Below are positions 1 to 11,675 of a stretch of DNA of 64,000 nucleotides, in pieces. The translations under genes were made by a program, and so were the position numbers. A model generated the notes under the pieces. The model was not told the origin of the DNA, searched no databases, and saw nothing but the letters and a program-made list of their open reading frames with translations. How positions within the stretch are numbered: the first letter of the stretch is position 1; the number at the start of each line of letters is the position of its first letter. This stretch comes from Octopus sinensis (Eukaryota): assembly GCF_006345805.1 (NCBI RefSeq), contig NC_043017.1:11656001-11720000 (forward strand), given 5' to 3'.

Positions 1-31
1 TGGTCGCAGGCCAATGTCTCCAACAAAAGAT

Positions 32-81
<50 letters not shown>

Positions 82-325
82 GTGTTTGTGTTAGGGGTTT
101 GGGCTCAATTTGTGAGGGTGAGGTGGGTATATGTAATTGACTGATGTAAGTCGACTTTGATTTGCTATAGTTGCCCGTATTCTCCTTCAACTACGTTTGT
201 GTATACAGAGTGTGTATACATACATACATACATACATACATACATACATACATACAAATATATATGTGCGTATATATATATACATATATATATACACATA
301 TATGTGTGTGCATATATATGTATTA

Positions 326-357
<32 letters not shown>

Positions 358-504
358 CATATATATATATACACATATATGTGTGTGCATATATATGTAT
401 ATATATATATATGTATGTATGTATCTCTCTATATAGTGTATACGTAGTATCTAAATAGTGTGTTTGCAGTTTGTGTCAGTATTTGCGTGTGTTGGTTTGC
501 TTGT

Positions 505-549
<45 letters not shown>

Positions 550-1284
550 TGTGTGTTCTTGTGTGTGATTGTGTGTGTTTGTATACAACAATCTCGGCAC
601 CTGTTATTTCCCACACCCTCAACTCTATTCCATTTTGTCCGGGCTAGGGACCAAGATGGCGACTAAACGGTGCTGGTGTTGGGGAATGGGTGGGTGGGTG
701 GTGAAAGTGGGGGGTCGTGTCGGTGCTGGTGATGTTGGCATTGGTTATGGTGGTGGTGGTGGTGGTGGTAGTGGTTCTCAGAGTTCGTACTAGCAGTGTT
801 AGGTGTTGTTGTTGTTGGTAGTATTGGTGGTGTAGGAAGTGGTGGCTGTTTGTGTTGTCGATGGCAGCGGCGTTGGTGTTGGTGGTGGCAGTGGTGGATG
901 TGGTGGTGGATGTGGTGGTAGTGGATGTAATGGTGGTTGCAGGTAATGAAAGTGTTGTCGAAGGCGGTGGTGTTGGTAATAGTGATTGCAGTGGTGATGG
1001 CCAGGGTAAGGTTGGCTGTGTATGGGAAGGGAGACGGAACTCCTTCACACCTTCTCGTCTTACTTGTTATTGTCATATCTCTGATCTCCCACGCGACTCC
1101 CCTCCTCTCTCTTCTACTCTTCGAGGCTACCACCTTTTCCTCTATCTTCTTTTCCTCTCTTTCTCTCTCCCATCCATCTATCTGCCTGTCTGTCTTTCTG
1201 TCTGTCCGTCCGTCCATCTGTCCGTCTGACTTCTGTGTGTCTATTTGGCTATCAAAGTATTTAGCCATGTGTTATGTCTACACA

Positions 1285-1527
1285 CATGCATACACACACA
1301 TATGTATGTATATGTGTACACACACACACATATGTATGTATATGTGTACACACACACACATATGTATGTATATGTGTACACACACACACACACACATACA
1401 CACACACATATGTATGTATATGTGTACACACACACACACATACACACACACATATGTATGTATATGTGTACACACACACACACATATGTATGTATATGTG
1501 TACACACACACATATGTATGTATATGT

Positions 1528-1563
<36 letters not shown>

Positions 1564-1737
1564 ACACACATATGTATGTATATGTGTACACACACACACA
1601 CATACACATATGTATGTATATGTGTACACCACACACACACATATGTATGTATATGTGTACACACACACACATATGTATGTATATGTGTATACACACATAC
1701 ACATGTATGTATACGTGTACACACACACACACACACA
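1285..1737. repeat. Compound minisatellite, ~30-bp unit (CA)n-TATGTATGTATATGTGTA
   Basis: About a dozen tandem copies of the same core separated by variable (CA)n. Confidence 0.9.
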
Positions 1738-1874
1738 TAAGGGTGTATGTATATGCATATATGTCCGTACAAATATATGTATGTGCATATGCGTATGCGT
1801 TTATATATAGATATTTATATATATGCACACATACACACACACACATACACTCTTGCATTCACTTTTCCTTCCTT

Positions 1875-1907
<33 letters not shown>

Positions 1908-2742
1908 CTCCCTCTCTTCCTCTCCCCTCTCATTTATATTTTTCCTTCTATCCTCCCATTCTCCCCACCTCTTATCACCATTCCTTACCCCCTGTCCCCA
2001 CCCCGGTTATAATCTTGTGATTAGATTTGTATAATTATCTCAATTGGCTTTCATCGCGCGGCCCTTCACCTTCTGCCCCACACACACACACACATACACG
2101 TGTGTGTATATATATATATATATTGTTTTATGTTACAGACCATTCATAATTAGTTACCTCACCCCACACTGTCCACAGCACCACTCATGTCCCGCCCCGA
2201 CCGCCCTCACCCACAACCACCACCGCCACCACCACTACCATCAAGATGTTTATTATCCTCATCAATATCTCTAGTCTCCACCATCACCACCACGATCATC
2301 ATCGTCATCATCATCAGCAGTAGCATCGACGGCGGTGGCGAACCAGCCACCACATCATTACCGCCATCATCGCCAGCATTGTTTTCTCCACCACCACCAC
2401 CACCACCATCATTACCACCACCATCCTCATCATCATAATTACCGTCTTGCCGCCGCTGCCGCCACCACGACGACTGCCGCATTCGCTACAAATACCATCA
2501 TCGCTGCCACCACCACTACCACCACCACCACCACCAACAACAACAACACAACACCACCACCGCCACCACACCACCACCACCACCACCACCACACCACCAC
2601 CATACAATGCAACGCAAACACCGCGTTACCCCCCCACACAATGTCGTACACTACGTCACCATTAAGAAGTTGATAACGATCACCAATGTCATCGCCATCC
2701 ATCCCACCAACACCACCATCCACACAATTATGTATATATATA

Positions 2743-2782
<40 letters not shown>

Positions 2783-2798
2783 TGCGTGTGGGTGTATT

Positions 2799-3355
2799 AA
2801 TTTCATACACAACCGAAAGAGCTGCTAACAGTTTCATGCTTTATTGATACTTTCACTAGGCATATTTATAAAATACGCCATGTATCTCTCCAAGCAGTCT
2901 TTTAGACTCAGTTTATGCATTAGATATATTTTATTGGGTTGGTGCATAATTATTGCGGCTTTTCTTTTCTTTCAATAAATTTTATTCAACAAAAACATCT
3001 TTGAATGATTATTCCGGAGCATATTCACCATCTACTTCAGTTACTGCTTCTCATTTCCTTGGCAGACGGTCAGACCGTCATTTAAGGTTGATTTTGTTGA
3101 TTTCCAATTATTATGCACCAACCAAATAAAACCAAGGGCGCTGGACAGAAGCATCAACCTTTTCCGCATTTTTCTTCTCTTTTTTTTTTTGCGTATTTTC
3201 TCACTGTGCACAGCCTCTTGTTTTTGAAATATATATAACATATAAACAGCCTGAAAGATTGCTTGGTGAGAGATGGCGTATTTTGTAATTCTGTCTGGTT
3301 AAATTATCATAAAACCATGAAATTATTAGTAGCTCTTTCGGTTGTGTATTAAATT
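2799..3355. mobile_element. Decayed head-to-head inverted repeat (~130-bp arms) with two eroded hammerhead-like motifs
   Basis: 2799-2930 is the diverged reverse complement of 3227-3355. Minus arm: tgc CTAGTGA...cat GAAA ctgttag CA gc. Plus arm: tgt CTGGTTA...cat GAAA ttattag TA gc. Confidence 0.6.
2934..3126. mobile_element. Mariner-type MITE
   Basis: TIRs ttgggttggtgcataattattg / caattattatgcaccaaccaaa, flanked by TA on both sides. Confidence 0.8.
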
Positions 3356-3418
3356 CGGCTGGATGGAGTACTTTTTTCCTTGATCCTACCTATATTGGAT
3401 CTCTCTCTCTCCTCTCTC

Positions 3419-3450
<32 letters not shown>

Positions 3451-3463
3451 TATATATATATAT

Positions 3464-3563
3464 NNNNNNNNNNNNNNNNNNNNNNNNNNNNNNNNNNNNN
3501 NNNNNNNNNNNNNNNNNNNNNNNNNNNNNNNNNNNNNNNNNNNNNNNNNNNNNNNNNNNNNNN
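3464..3563. other. Assembly gap (100 N)
   Basis: Run of N directly after a (CT)n(TA)n tract. Confidence 1.
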
Positions 3564-3723
3564 TATTTTGCACTTTTGGTTTCTTCGGTCACGGCATCGG
3601 ATGATAAATGGTAAAGATGATGAAGAAAGTCTCTTTTAAGGATGATGTCTAAAGCGTAAGAAATATTTCTATAGAACAGAAATTTCTAAGTTGACCGTGT
3701 GTGTGGTGTGGTGTGGTGTGTGT

Positions 3724-3759
<36 letters not shown>

Positions 3760-4521
3760 TGTGTGTGTGTATGCGGGCGCGAATGTAAAAATATAAATAT
3801 ATATGTATATGTATGAATATGTTTATATACACATATATGTATATACATATGCGTATATATATATATGTGTGTATATACATACACACACACACACACACAC
3901 ACTTCTATTCTTTTACTTGTTTCAGTCATTTGACTGCGGCCATGCTAGAGCTCCGCTTTTTAATACACACACAGACTCACACACGCACACACCACACACA
4001 TATATATATATATAATATAATATAATATAATATAATAAATGCGAAAACTAATTTCTGTGTGTCAGTGTGTCACACTTAGACCCCCTCTCCCACTATTTAA
4101 TGACACTCCTACTATTCCTCATGATGGGGTGAGAGTAACAGTACGCATAGAGTCGATGAGGGCGGTGGCGAAGGCAGAGAGGGAGGGGGGAGGAAGAGAA
4201 AGAAAAAGAGAGGGGGTGAAAGAGAGAGACAAAGAAATTGATGATGTTTAATTAAAAGTAGTAACGTTGATGGTGGCAGTGGGAGTAATAATAAAAGAGA
4301 GAGAAAGAGGGAGAGGATGTACAACTTTGTTAAACCATGTCTCTTTGACAGAAATTCCTGTCACCAACATACTGAACACTATCAATTTTGTTTTCTTTAA
4401 TACTTATATACATAGACGCATTTATAAGATACACTTTAATCGAAATAAAGCTTCCCCAAAATAAAACATATCTAATATAATAAATGTGAGTGTCAGTCTA
4501 TCACACTTTCTACTCAAATTT

Positions 4522-5275
4522 TGGGGAAGGGATTAAGTTGATTACATCGACTCCAGTTCGTAACTGGTACTTATTTAATCGACCCCGAAAGGATGAAAGG
4601 CAAAGTCGACCTCGGCGGAATTTGAACTCAGAACGTGACGCAGACGAAATACCTATTTTCTACTACCCACAAGGGGCTAAAACGCAGACGGACAATACTC
4701 AAAGGACCAGCAAGACGGATTATATCGACCACCAGAGGGGACAAACATAGGACAGACAAACGGATTAGTCGATTATATCGACCCAGTGCGAACTGGTACG
4801 ATTAATCGACCCCGAAAGGATGAAAGGCAAAGTCGACCTCGGCGGAATTTGAACTCAGAACGTAACGGCAGACGAAATACCTATTTCTTTACTACCCACA
4901 AGGGGCTAAACACAGAGGGGACAAACAAAGACAGGCAAACGGATTAAGTCGATTACATCGACCCCAGTGCGTAACTGGTACTTATTTGAATCGACCCCGA
5001 ATGGATGAAAGGCAAAGTCTATCTCGGCGGAATTTGAACTCAGAACGTAACGGCAGATGAAATACTTATTTCTTTACTACCCACAAGGGGCTGAACACAG
5101 AGGGGGACAAACAAGGACAGACAAACGGATTACATCGACCCCAGTGCGTAACTGGTACTTATTTAATCGAACCCGAAAGGATGAAAGGCAAAGTCTATCT
5201 CGGCGGAATTTAAACTCAGAACGTAACGACAGACGAAATACCGCTAAGCATTTCGTCCGACGTGCTCGCCGCCTC
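4522..5275 (-). mobile_element. Tandem array (~4 units, ~175-230 bp) of SINE family B
   Basis: Repeated ctatttctttactacccacaagggg...gaaaggcaaagtcgacctcggcggaatttgaactcagaacg...gaaatac; reverse complement of the monomer at 15415-15646. Confidence 0.85.
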
Positions 5276-5630
5276 AATACAATATAATAATATAATATAA
5301 TATAATATAATATAATATAATATAATATAATCAAAATGAATGTCCGTGTGTTACACTTTTTCAACTTTACTTCTAGAGAAGTTAAAAACATTCTGGGCCG
5401 AATCCGGACCTGAAATCTTGAAATTTTGAAATTTCTATGTTTTCATTACTGCGATTGTCTTCGATGATCTTTTTTACATGATTTTTTTTTGCGACGAATA
5501 TGATCATCATTGGGTTATGACTCTGGAGGAAGCGATTGCAACAAATTCCCTCAAACAATTCAGAGATCTGTTTGCAGATCTTCCCATTCAGGGTCAGTTG
5601 CTTAAAAGCTATAAACTAGCTAATATATCT

Positions 5631-5682
<52 letters not shown>

Positions 5683-5754
5683 CAATTGCTGCATGGAAGG
5701 TGTTTATAAGCCATTTAAAAGCACACAAAAACCGTTAAATTCACTTCAATTTAA

Positions 5755-5805
5755 TTTGCCAAAATATTTTCGTCGCTTTGAGATGGCGACATCTTCATTG
5801 ACAAA
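5755..5805 (-). ncRNA. Type I hammerhead-like motif, same family as 55969 (core ATGAAGA, probably decayed)
   Basis: Minus strand: tgtca ATGAAGA t gtcgc catctcaaa gcgac GAAA atat TT tggca. The host element 5681-5837 follows (TA)n and ends in a short fold-back, tgacaaaattctgtg..cacggaattttgtca. Confidence 0.65.
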
Positions 5806-5959
5806 ATTCTGTGTTGCAGCACGGAATTTTGTCAGTGGAGTAATAATCTAAGTGGTGGTTTATAGACCATTTGAAGTCTATTTCTAGCAGACTGGTGTTG
5901 TAATCATTCAGCACCCTAATTATAATTTTAATATATATATATATATTATATATATGTAT

Positions 5960-6183
5960 GTGTGTGTATGTTTGTGTGTCTGTGTTTGTCCCCCTAGAAT
6001 TGCTTGACAACCGATGCTGGTGTGTTTACGTCCCCGTCACTTAGCGGTTCGGCAAAAGAGACCGATAGAATAAGTACTGGGCTTACAAAGAATAAGTCCC
6101 GGGGTCGATTTGTTCGACTAAAGGCGGTGCTCCAGCATGGCTGCAGTCAAAATGACTGAAACAAGTAAAAGAGTAAAAGAGTA
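5960..6183 (+). mobile_element. SINE family A, 3' half
   Basis: Matches the 3' half of 32871-33287; ends gaaacaagtaaaagagtaaaagag. Confidence 0.9.
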
Positions 6184-7021
6184 TATATGTAATGTATATG
6201 TATGTATATTTATATAATACACACACACACACACTCATAAATATATATGTACAAATGCAAACAGAAGTGTTTTACAGCAAAATAAGTGGTTGTGAAAGAA
6301 CGTCTTATTACAATTTCATGTGTGTGTGTGTGTGTAGGCATGTGGCTTAATGGTTAGGGTGTCGAATTCATGATCGTAAGATTGTGGTTTTGACTCCTGG
6401 ACACAGGCACATAGACCCACACGTATATATTAGCATCATAGCTGCCATCATACAACGCATGTAGACGTAAGGACGACTATTTGATCAGGAAAGGCGTATT
6501 GGTGTCGGATCGCATCTTCGCACACACTGAAGTTTGGAGCCCAATACAAATTCTAATTATAGACTTATTATCGAGGACACTCAAGAAGGGTCCGGAGAAG
6601 CAGCAATCACCTGAAAACCGGCTTCTGATTGGCTGATAACGTGGCTTCACATGTAAAAGGGTCGAGCGATGGTGTGGCTTGAAGTCCGTTAAGTGGCAAC
6701 TCACGTTTGAGTCTTGCTACAAGGGCATAAACAAAATTCCTTATTTTCCTGTATATATTTTATATAACTAAATGGCATTCCGTCGGTTACGACGAGGGTT
6801 CCAGTTGATCCAACCAACGGAACAGCCTGCCCGTGAAATTAACGTGCGAGTGGCTGAGCACTCCACAGACACGTGTACCCTTAACATAGTTCTCGGGGAG
6901 ATTCAGCGTGACACGGAGTGTGACAAGGCTGGCCCCACTGAATAGAAGGTACAACTCAAATTCGCCAGCTGAGTGGACTGAAGCAAGGTGAAATAAAGTA
7001 TCTTGCACAAGGACACAACAC

Positions 7022-7202
7022 TTCCGTGGAATAAGCTGCCGGACGAGATAGTGAAGATGCCGACGACCGCTCGGTTCAAAGTCTCTCTTGACCAGAAATG
7101 GCCTGAACTCTTTGCATGAACACCCTCCCTGTACATAACTCCATGTCCCCCTACATGGCCTTGCTTTTTGCTTTTTGAGCCAAAAAATTAACTTAACTTA
7201 AC
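7022..7202 (+). mobile_element. 5'-truncated CR1-like LINE 3' end
   Basis: Translates PWNKLPDEIVKMPTTARFKVSLDQKWPELFA*, followed by a short UTR and an (AACTT)n tail; second copy at 25690. Confidence 0.7.
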
Positions 7203-7255
7203 GTCGCAAGAAATTGAACTCCTGACCTTACGATCGTAAACTGAATACCCTAACC

Positions 7256-7473
7256 CAGTGCTTTTCAAACTTTTTACTGGAGCGGAACCCCAAGGAAACA
7301 TTCCACTGGCTCGAGGAACCCCTGTGCAATAATTTAATAGTTTTATGCACACATATCTGCACAGGAGAATTAAAAATTACTGCCAATTTTAGCAGTTTTG
7401 TAACTTCTTACGGAACCCCTAGACTGTGCTGGCGAAACCCTAAGGTTGGCGCGACCCTGGTTGAAAACCACTG
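7256..7473. mobile_element. hAT MITE with perfect 8-bp TSD
   Basis: TIRs cagtgcttttcaa / ttgaaaaccactg; TSD ccctaacc at 7248-7255 and 7474-7481. Confidence 0.9.
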
Positions 7474-7840
7474 CCCTAACCACTATGCCACGCCTCTTCA
7501 CTATATTTTATGTAGATGTTGGTCATAGCTCCGCATAATTTATTTCTAATTTGCTATAGAGCACTCTCCATGAGTGTACGAATCGTTCACACGAACTGGG
7601 ATGTGATATATCGATGCCATTTGTGCGTTGTCTGTTCGCTCGCGTGCGAGTTCAAGTCAGTGCTTATGGCGCCAGCGATAGGAATATTTACGCCGTTGTT
7701 TATGTGGCGTGTCTATACGCCGTTACGGTAGCGGTTCGATGAATAGAGATCGATATATTGCGCACCACACTGAACTAAGTAATTAGGTTCGATTTGATAT
7801 CGACATAAACCCGCGGTTCAATGAACGAAACAAGAGAAAG

Positions 7841-7888
<48 letters not shown>

Positions 7889-8037
7889 AATTGCTGGCAG
7901 GGACACCGTGTTTCGTTTTGCAAACCGTAATATACTGCAAAGTGTATTAAAGGTTTCTAACGCAATAATACTGAGTGCTACGTTGTGTTAGCAATGCATT
8001 GTTTTCAATTTAGAGGTACTTTTTGAAAAATGCGACA

Positions 8038-8420
8038 TATGTATGCATGTGTGTATGTATATATGTATGTATGTGTGTATGCATGTATGTATGTATGTAT
8101 GTATATATGTATGTATGTATGTATGTATGTGTGTGTGTATGTATGTATGTATGTATGTATGTGTATGTATGTGTGTATGTATGTATGTATGTGTATGGAT
8201 GGATGGATAGATGTTGTATATATGGATGTATGTATGTATGCATGTATGTATGCATGTATGGATGTATGGATGGATGTTGTATGTATGTATGTTGTATGTA
8301 TGTATGTGTGTATGGATGGATGGATGTTGTATGTATGTATGTATGTATGTATGTATGTATGTATGTATGTATATATGTATGTATGTGTGTATGTAGTATG
8401 TATGTATGTATGTATGTATC
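8038..8420. repeat. (TATG)n/(GGAT)n microsatellite
   Basis: Seen directly. Confidence 0.95.
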
Positions 8421-8576
8421 TTTCTATACACTCGCACATATGTAAATGTCACACACTTAGACATTTTGTCAAGAACCACCTTGTCAATGAGAAATCCCAT
8501 GTTGGGACATGTTCCTTGGAAACAAATCATTGACAAAGTGGTTCTTTCCAGGTACAATAAAGCCAACAATACACAC

Positions 8577-8608
<32 letters not shown>

Positions 8609-8641
8609 CGCGCGCGCGCGCGCGCACGCACGCACGCAAAT

Positions 8642-9000
8642 CAGGAGCAGGTGTGGTTTTGTTGTAAGAAGCTTGCTTCCCACCCACATGGTCCTTGGTT
8701 CAGTCCCACTGCATGGTACCTTGGGCAAGTGTCTTCTACTATAGCATCGGGTCGACCAAAACCTTGTGAGTGGATTTCGTAGGCGGAAACCGAAAGAAGC
8801 CCGTCATGTATGCGTGTGTGTTTATGTTCGTCTCCCTCTACCGCTTGACAATCGGTGTTGGTTTGTTTACGTCTCTGTAACTTAACAGTTATACATACAG
8901 TTACGGTGGGATAAATGCCAGGCTTTAAAAAAAATATGTAATGGGGCCGATCTGTTAGACTAAAACCTTTGAGAGCAGTGCCCCAGCTTGGTCGCGGTCA
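8642..9000 (+). mobile_element. SINE family A, diverged
   Basis: Head ggttcagtcccactgcatggtaccttgggcaagtgtc and body similar to 32871. Confidence 0.8.
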
Positions 9001-9403
9001 TTAGTAGATAGATAAATAGATAGGTAGATACACGCATACATACACATACGTGTGTGTGTGTAAGAATCTATAAGACAGGTAAAAAATGCACTCGTATATT
9101 TGTCAATAGAGTGGGTGTATTAATCGAAGTGTAGTGTATATTCATTTCGGCTAATCTTATCAATGTTTTTCGGGGTGTTGCAAGTCGGCGGGAGTTTTCT
9201 GGAAAAGGGTTTATGGGAAATGTGTGTAGATTTAAGGTCGGTGCTCCTGTAGAAATGAATTAGCACACACACACACACACACACATATATACATGCCATG
9301 ATTAGAGAAGCGGTGACGGGTTGCAAGTCTGTAAATAATATTTCATACTTGCTGACACTGTACCGTCAAAAATGACGGCTAATTGTAGTATTTTATTTAT
9401 AAA

Positions 9404-9770
9404 CTAGCACTATGACCCGGCAACGCTGGGTCATACTGATAGTGCATGCATATACAGCTGCGTGCGTGCGCACATACACGCGAGTACTGTCCAAATCTCC
9501 GACCAATCACATACAGCTAGCTGGCATTCAATTGCCGTATCAAGTTTCGGGCATTTGATTGGGTTTTGGATAGAAAATTCACAAAAAAGTCACTTCTATT
9601 GATTTTTTAATGGCTTTGCGTGGTGACTGGGGAAATGTAAAGATGTGCATGACCACCCTTGGACGGTTTTGAATGACCATAGAAAGTGCAAGCCCTCTAA
9701 ATAAAAAATTGTGGATTTGTATAAAGGACACACACGCAGACAGACATTTTGCAGTTTATATATAAAGAGA
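9404..9770 (-). mobile_element. Non-autonomous Helitron
   Basis: Minus strand starts TC, has the subterminal hairpin tatgacccagcgttgccgggtcata, and ends CTAG followed by T. Confidence 0.75.
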
Positions 9771-10575
9771 TATAGATGGTAAATCAAATTAATACACTTG
9801 TCAATGTTATCTTGTGGTTGTCTTTTGAGATGTGACATCGATCATGGTTTGTTACTGAAGAAACGCTGGTTCATACAAACAAATATTCACATACTTGCCT
9901 TGTACACCCACACACATACATATACTCACAAAGGGTTGAAACGCTGTTTGATTTTTCCTTTTCGGCGTCGAATGTTCACCATCCCACTTCCATTGCACAC
10001 ACATACACAGACACATACACACACACACAAACATTCACATACCTCCCTTTTACAAGCACACTCATATACTCACATAGAGTTGAAACGCCCCCACAACCAA
10101 GTTTGCCATCACCCCCTTCCTTCCTTATTCATCTATCACCTCTACCTTTCTTATTCATATGTTGTAACGGAGAAAACACAAGAATATTATTATAGTAGAA
10201 GCTTAAAGCCTATAAGCGATCACCGTGTACTCACTAAAGAAAATAGTCTGATATCGGGACATATAAGCCCTCGACAGAAAAAAGCGGGTTTTCTGTACAC
10301 ATGGTACTTGAACCCACAAGTCTATATATTCGCGATAAAACAAAACAACACTATGAAATTATAGTTCTTAAATCTAACGAGAAGAAGTCAATGGGTACGT
10401 TGGTGTAACGGTTGATGTCAGTCCCAGAACAGCTGTTTACAGTAAACAAGAGAGAGAGAGAGAGAGAAACAGGCAGAAACAAGGAAAATGCCCCTTGTAT
10501 TTGAACACTATACAAATATTCTTTTAAAAAACTTTTCTTTGAATTTTTCCAAAATTTAATTGTTTTCCATACTTA

Positions 10576-10611
10576 CAGTTGAAAAAGTCTCAATGATTGA
10601 AACCGGTACTG
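10576..10611 (+). ncRNA. Minimal type I hammerhead-like motif, U3-A8 variant
   Basis: cag TTGAAAA agtc tcaat gatt GAAA ccgg TA ctg; stem III palindrome ACCGGT. Confidence 0.6.
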
Positions 10612-10771
10612 AAATGTGTTTTATGAAATTATTTTAGCATTTTCTACCTTGACTTTTTTTCTTCCATATATATATATATATATGGGGAGAGTTTACGAAA
10701 AAACAAAAGACGAAGACGTGGTGTACGAAACAAACAGATGTATTAGTATAACGCTCAGGAATAGAAAAAGT

Positions 10772-10807
10772 CTTTTACGTTTCGAGCCTACGCTCTTCTA
10801 CAGAAAG
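10772..10807 (-). ncRNA. Minimal type I hammerhead-like motif, U6 variant
   Basis: Minus strand: cttt CTGTAGA a gagc gtag gctc GAAA cg TA aaag; host element ~10684-10860 flanked by (TA)n. Confidence 0.65.
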
Positions 10808-10873
10808 GGACACAGAAAACAAGGAGGGCAACAAGGAGATAAAAAATGTGTGTAGTGGCTATATATATATATA

Positions 10874-11004
10874 CAGGGTGTCCCCAAAAAATGTATACAC
10901 ACCTTAAATAATTGTAAATTTGTTATTCTTTGTAAGCTTAGTACTTATTCTATCGTTCTCTTTTGCTGAACCACTATGTGTATACATTTTTTTGGGACAC
11001 CCTG
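10874..11004. mobile_element. Tc1/mariner MITE with internal SINE family A fragment
   Basis: TIRs cagggtgtccccaaaaaatgtatacaca / tgtgtatacatttttttgggacaccctg in TA context. Confidence 0.85.
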
Positions 11005-11104
11005 TATATATATATACACAAACACACATACACACACACGTGTCAATAACAAGTTGGAGAAAACAGTGCTCAAATACCAAAGGTGTTATTAAAAACAGAG
11101 TGTC

Positions 11105-11291
11105 TTATTGAAGCTGAGAGAGGAAAAAAAGACTTCAGAAACTGTTACTCCAAGTTTCGCGTAACCTATCATTAGTGAGAGTTTTTTTTTTTTACTCTAT
11201 TGTTATATAAAAAAAAAATTCTTGATCGTCTAATGTTGAGTTACGTGAAACTCTGACTAATAGTTTGTGAAGTTTTTTTCAGCTTCCATAA
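11105..11291. mobile_element. Decayed head-to-head inverted pair with eroded hammerhead-like cores
   Basis: Minus arm: CTAATGA taggttacgc GAAA cttggag TA acagtttctgaag. Plus arm: CTAATGT tgagttacgt GAAA ctctgac TA atagtttgtgaag. Confidence 0.5.
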
Positions 11292-11299
11292 ACTCTATA

Positions 11300-11675
11300 A
11301 CATCAGAAATGAGAAGGTGCTTGGAGAGCTGCGAAACGTGGTTCTTAAAGGAGAATATTGAGGATAACATGGACAGATGAAGTGTTTAATGAAGAAGTAA
11401 AGAGGAAACTGCTTCGTGAGGTGAGGGCCAAGCAATTGAGATTCCTTGGTCATGTGATGAAGAAAGAGGGCCTTGGAGAATTTAATGATGACCGGAAAGA
11501 CCGAAGGGAAAAGAAGCAGAGGAAGGAGAAGGATGATGTGGATATCAACCTTGAGGAACTGGTTGGAAGAAAGAGGCGTTAAAGTTCAGGAAGAAGTAGA
11601 ACTGTTACAGACGAACGAAGAACAGAATAATGGCAGGACACGATCGCCTCAATCCTACATTCTGGGACATGGCGC
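11300..11675 (+). mobile_element. RTE-clade LINE 3' fragment (frameshifted)
   Basis: Peptides RITWTDEVFNEEV, QLRFLGHVMKKEG and ENLMMTGKTEGKRSRGRRRMMW match the RTE ORF C-terminus. Confidence 0.85.

Larger units (their letters stand above)
6773..7494 (-). mobile_element. SINE family C (tRNA-derived, CORE-like), interrupted by a CR1-like fragment and a hAT MITE
   Basis: Reverse complement of the 24930-25250 family; tRNA-like head at ~7205-7494 is split by the MITE. Confidence 0.8.

Noticed and set aside
651-663. YY1-like/Kozak-like ccaagatggcgac
   Set aside because: A single short motif followed by low-complexity sequence; not enough to call a promoter or start codon.
157-2837. Many 60-270 aa ORFs, including His/Thr/Pro-rich 644-1048 and 663-1268
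   Set aside because: Open in several frames on both strands because di- and trinucleotide repeats lack stops; no recognisable domain or convincing splice structure.
4522-5275. CRISPR-like periodicity here and at 1285-1737
   Set aside because: Whole units repeat with no unique spacers; these are eukaryotic SINE and minisatellite arrays with no cas genes.
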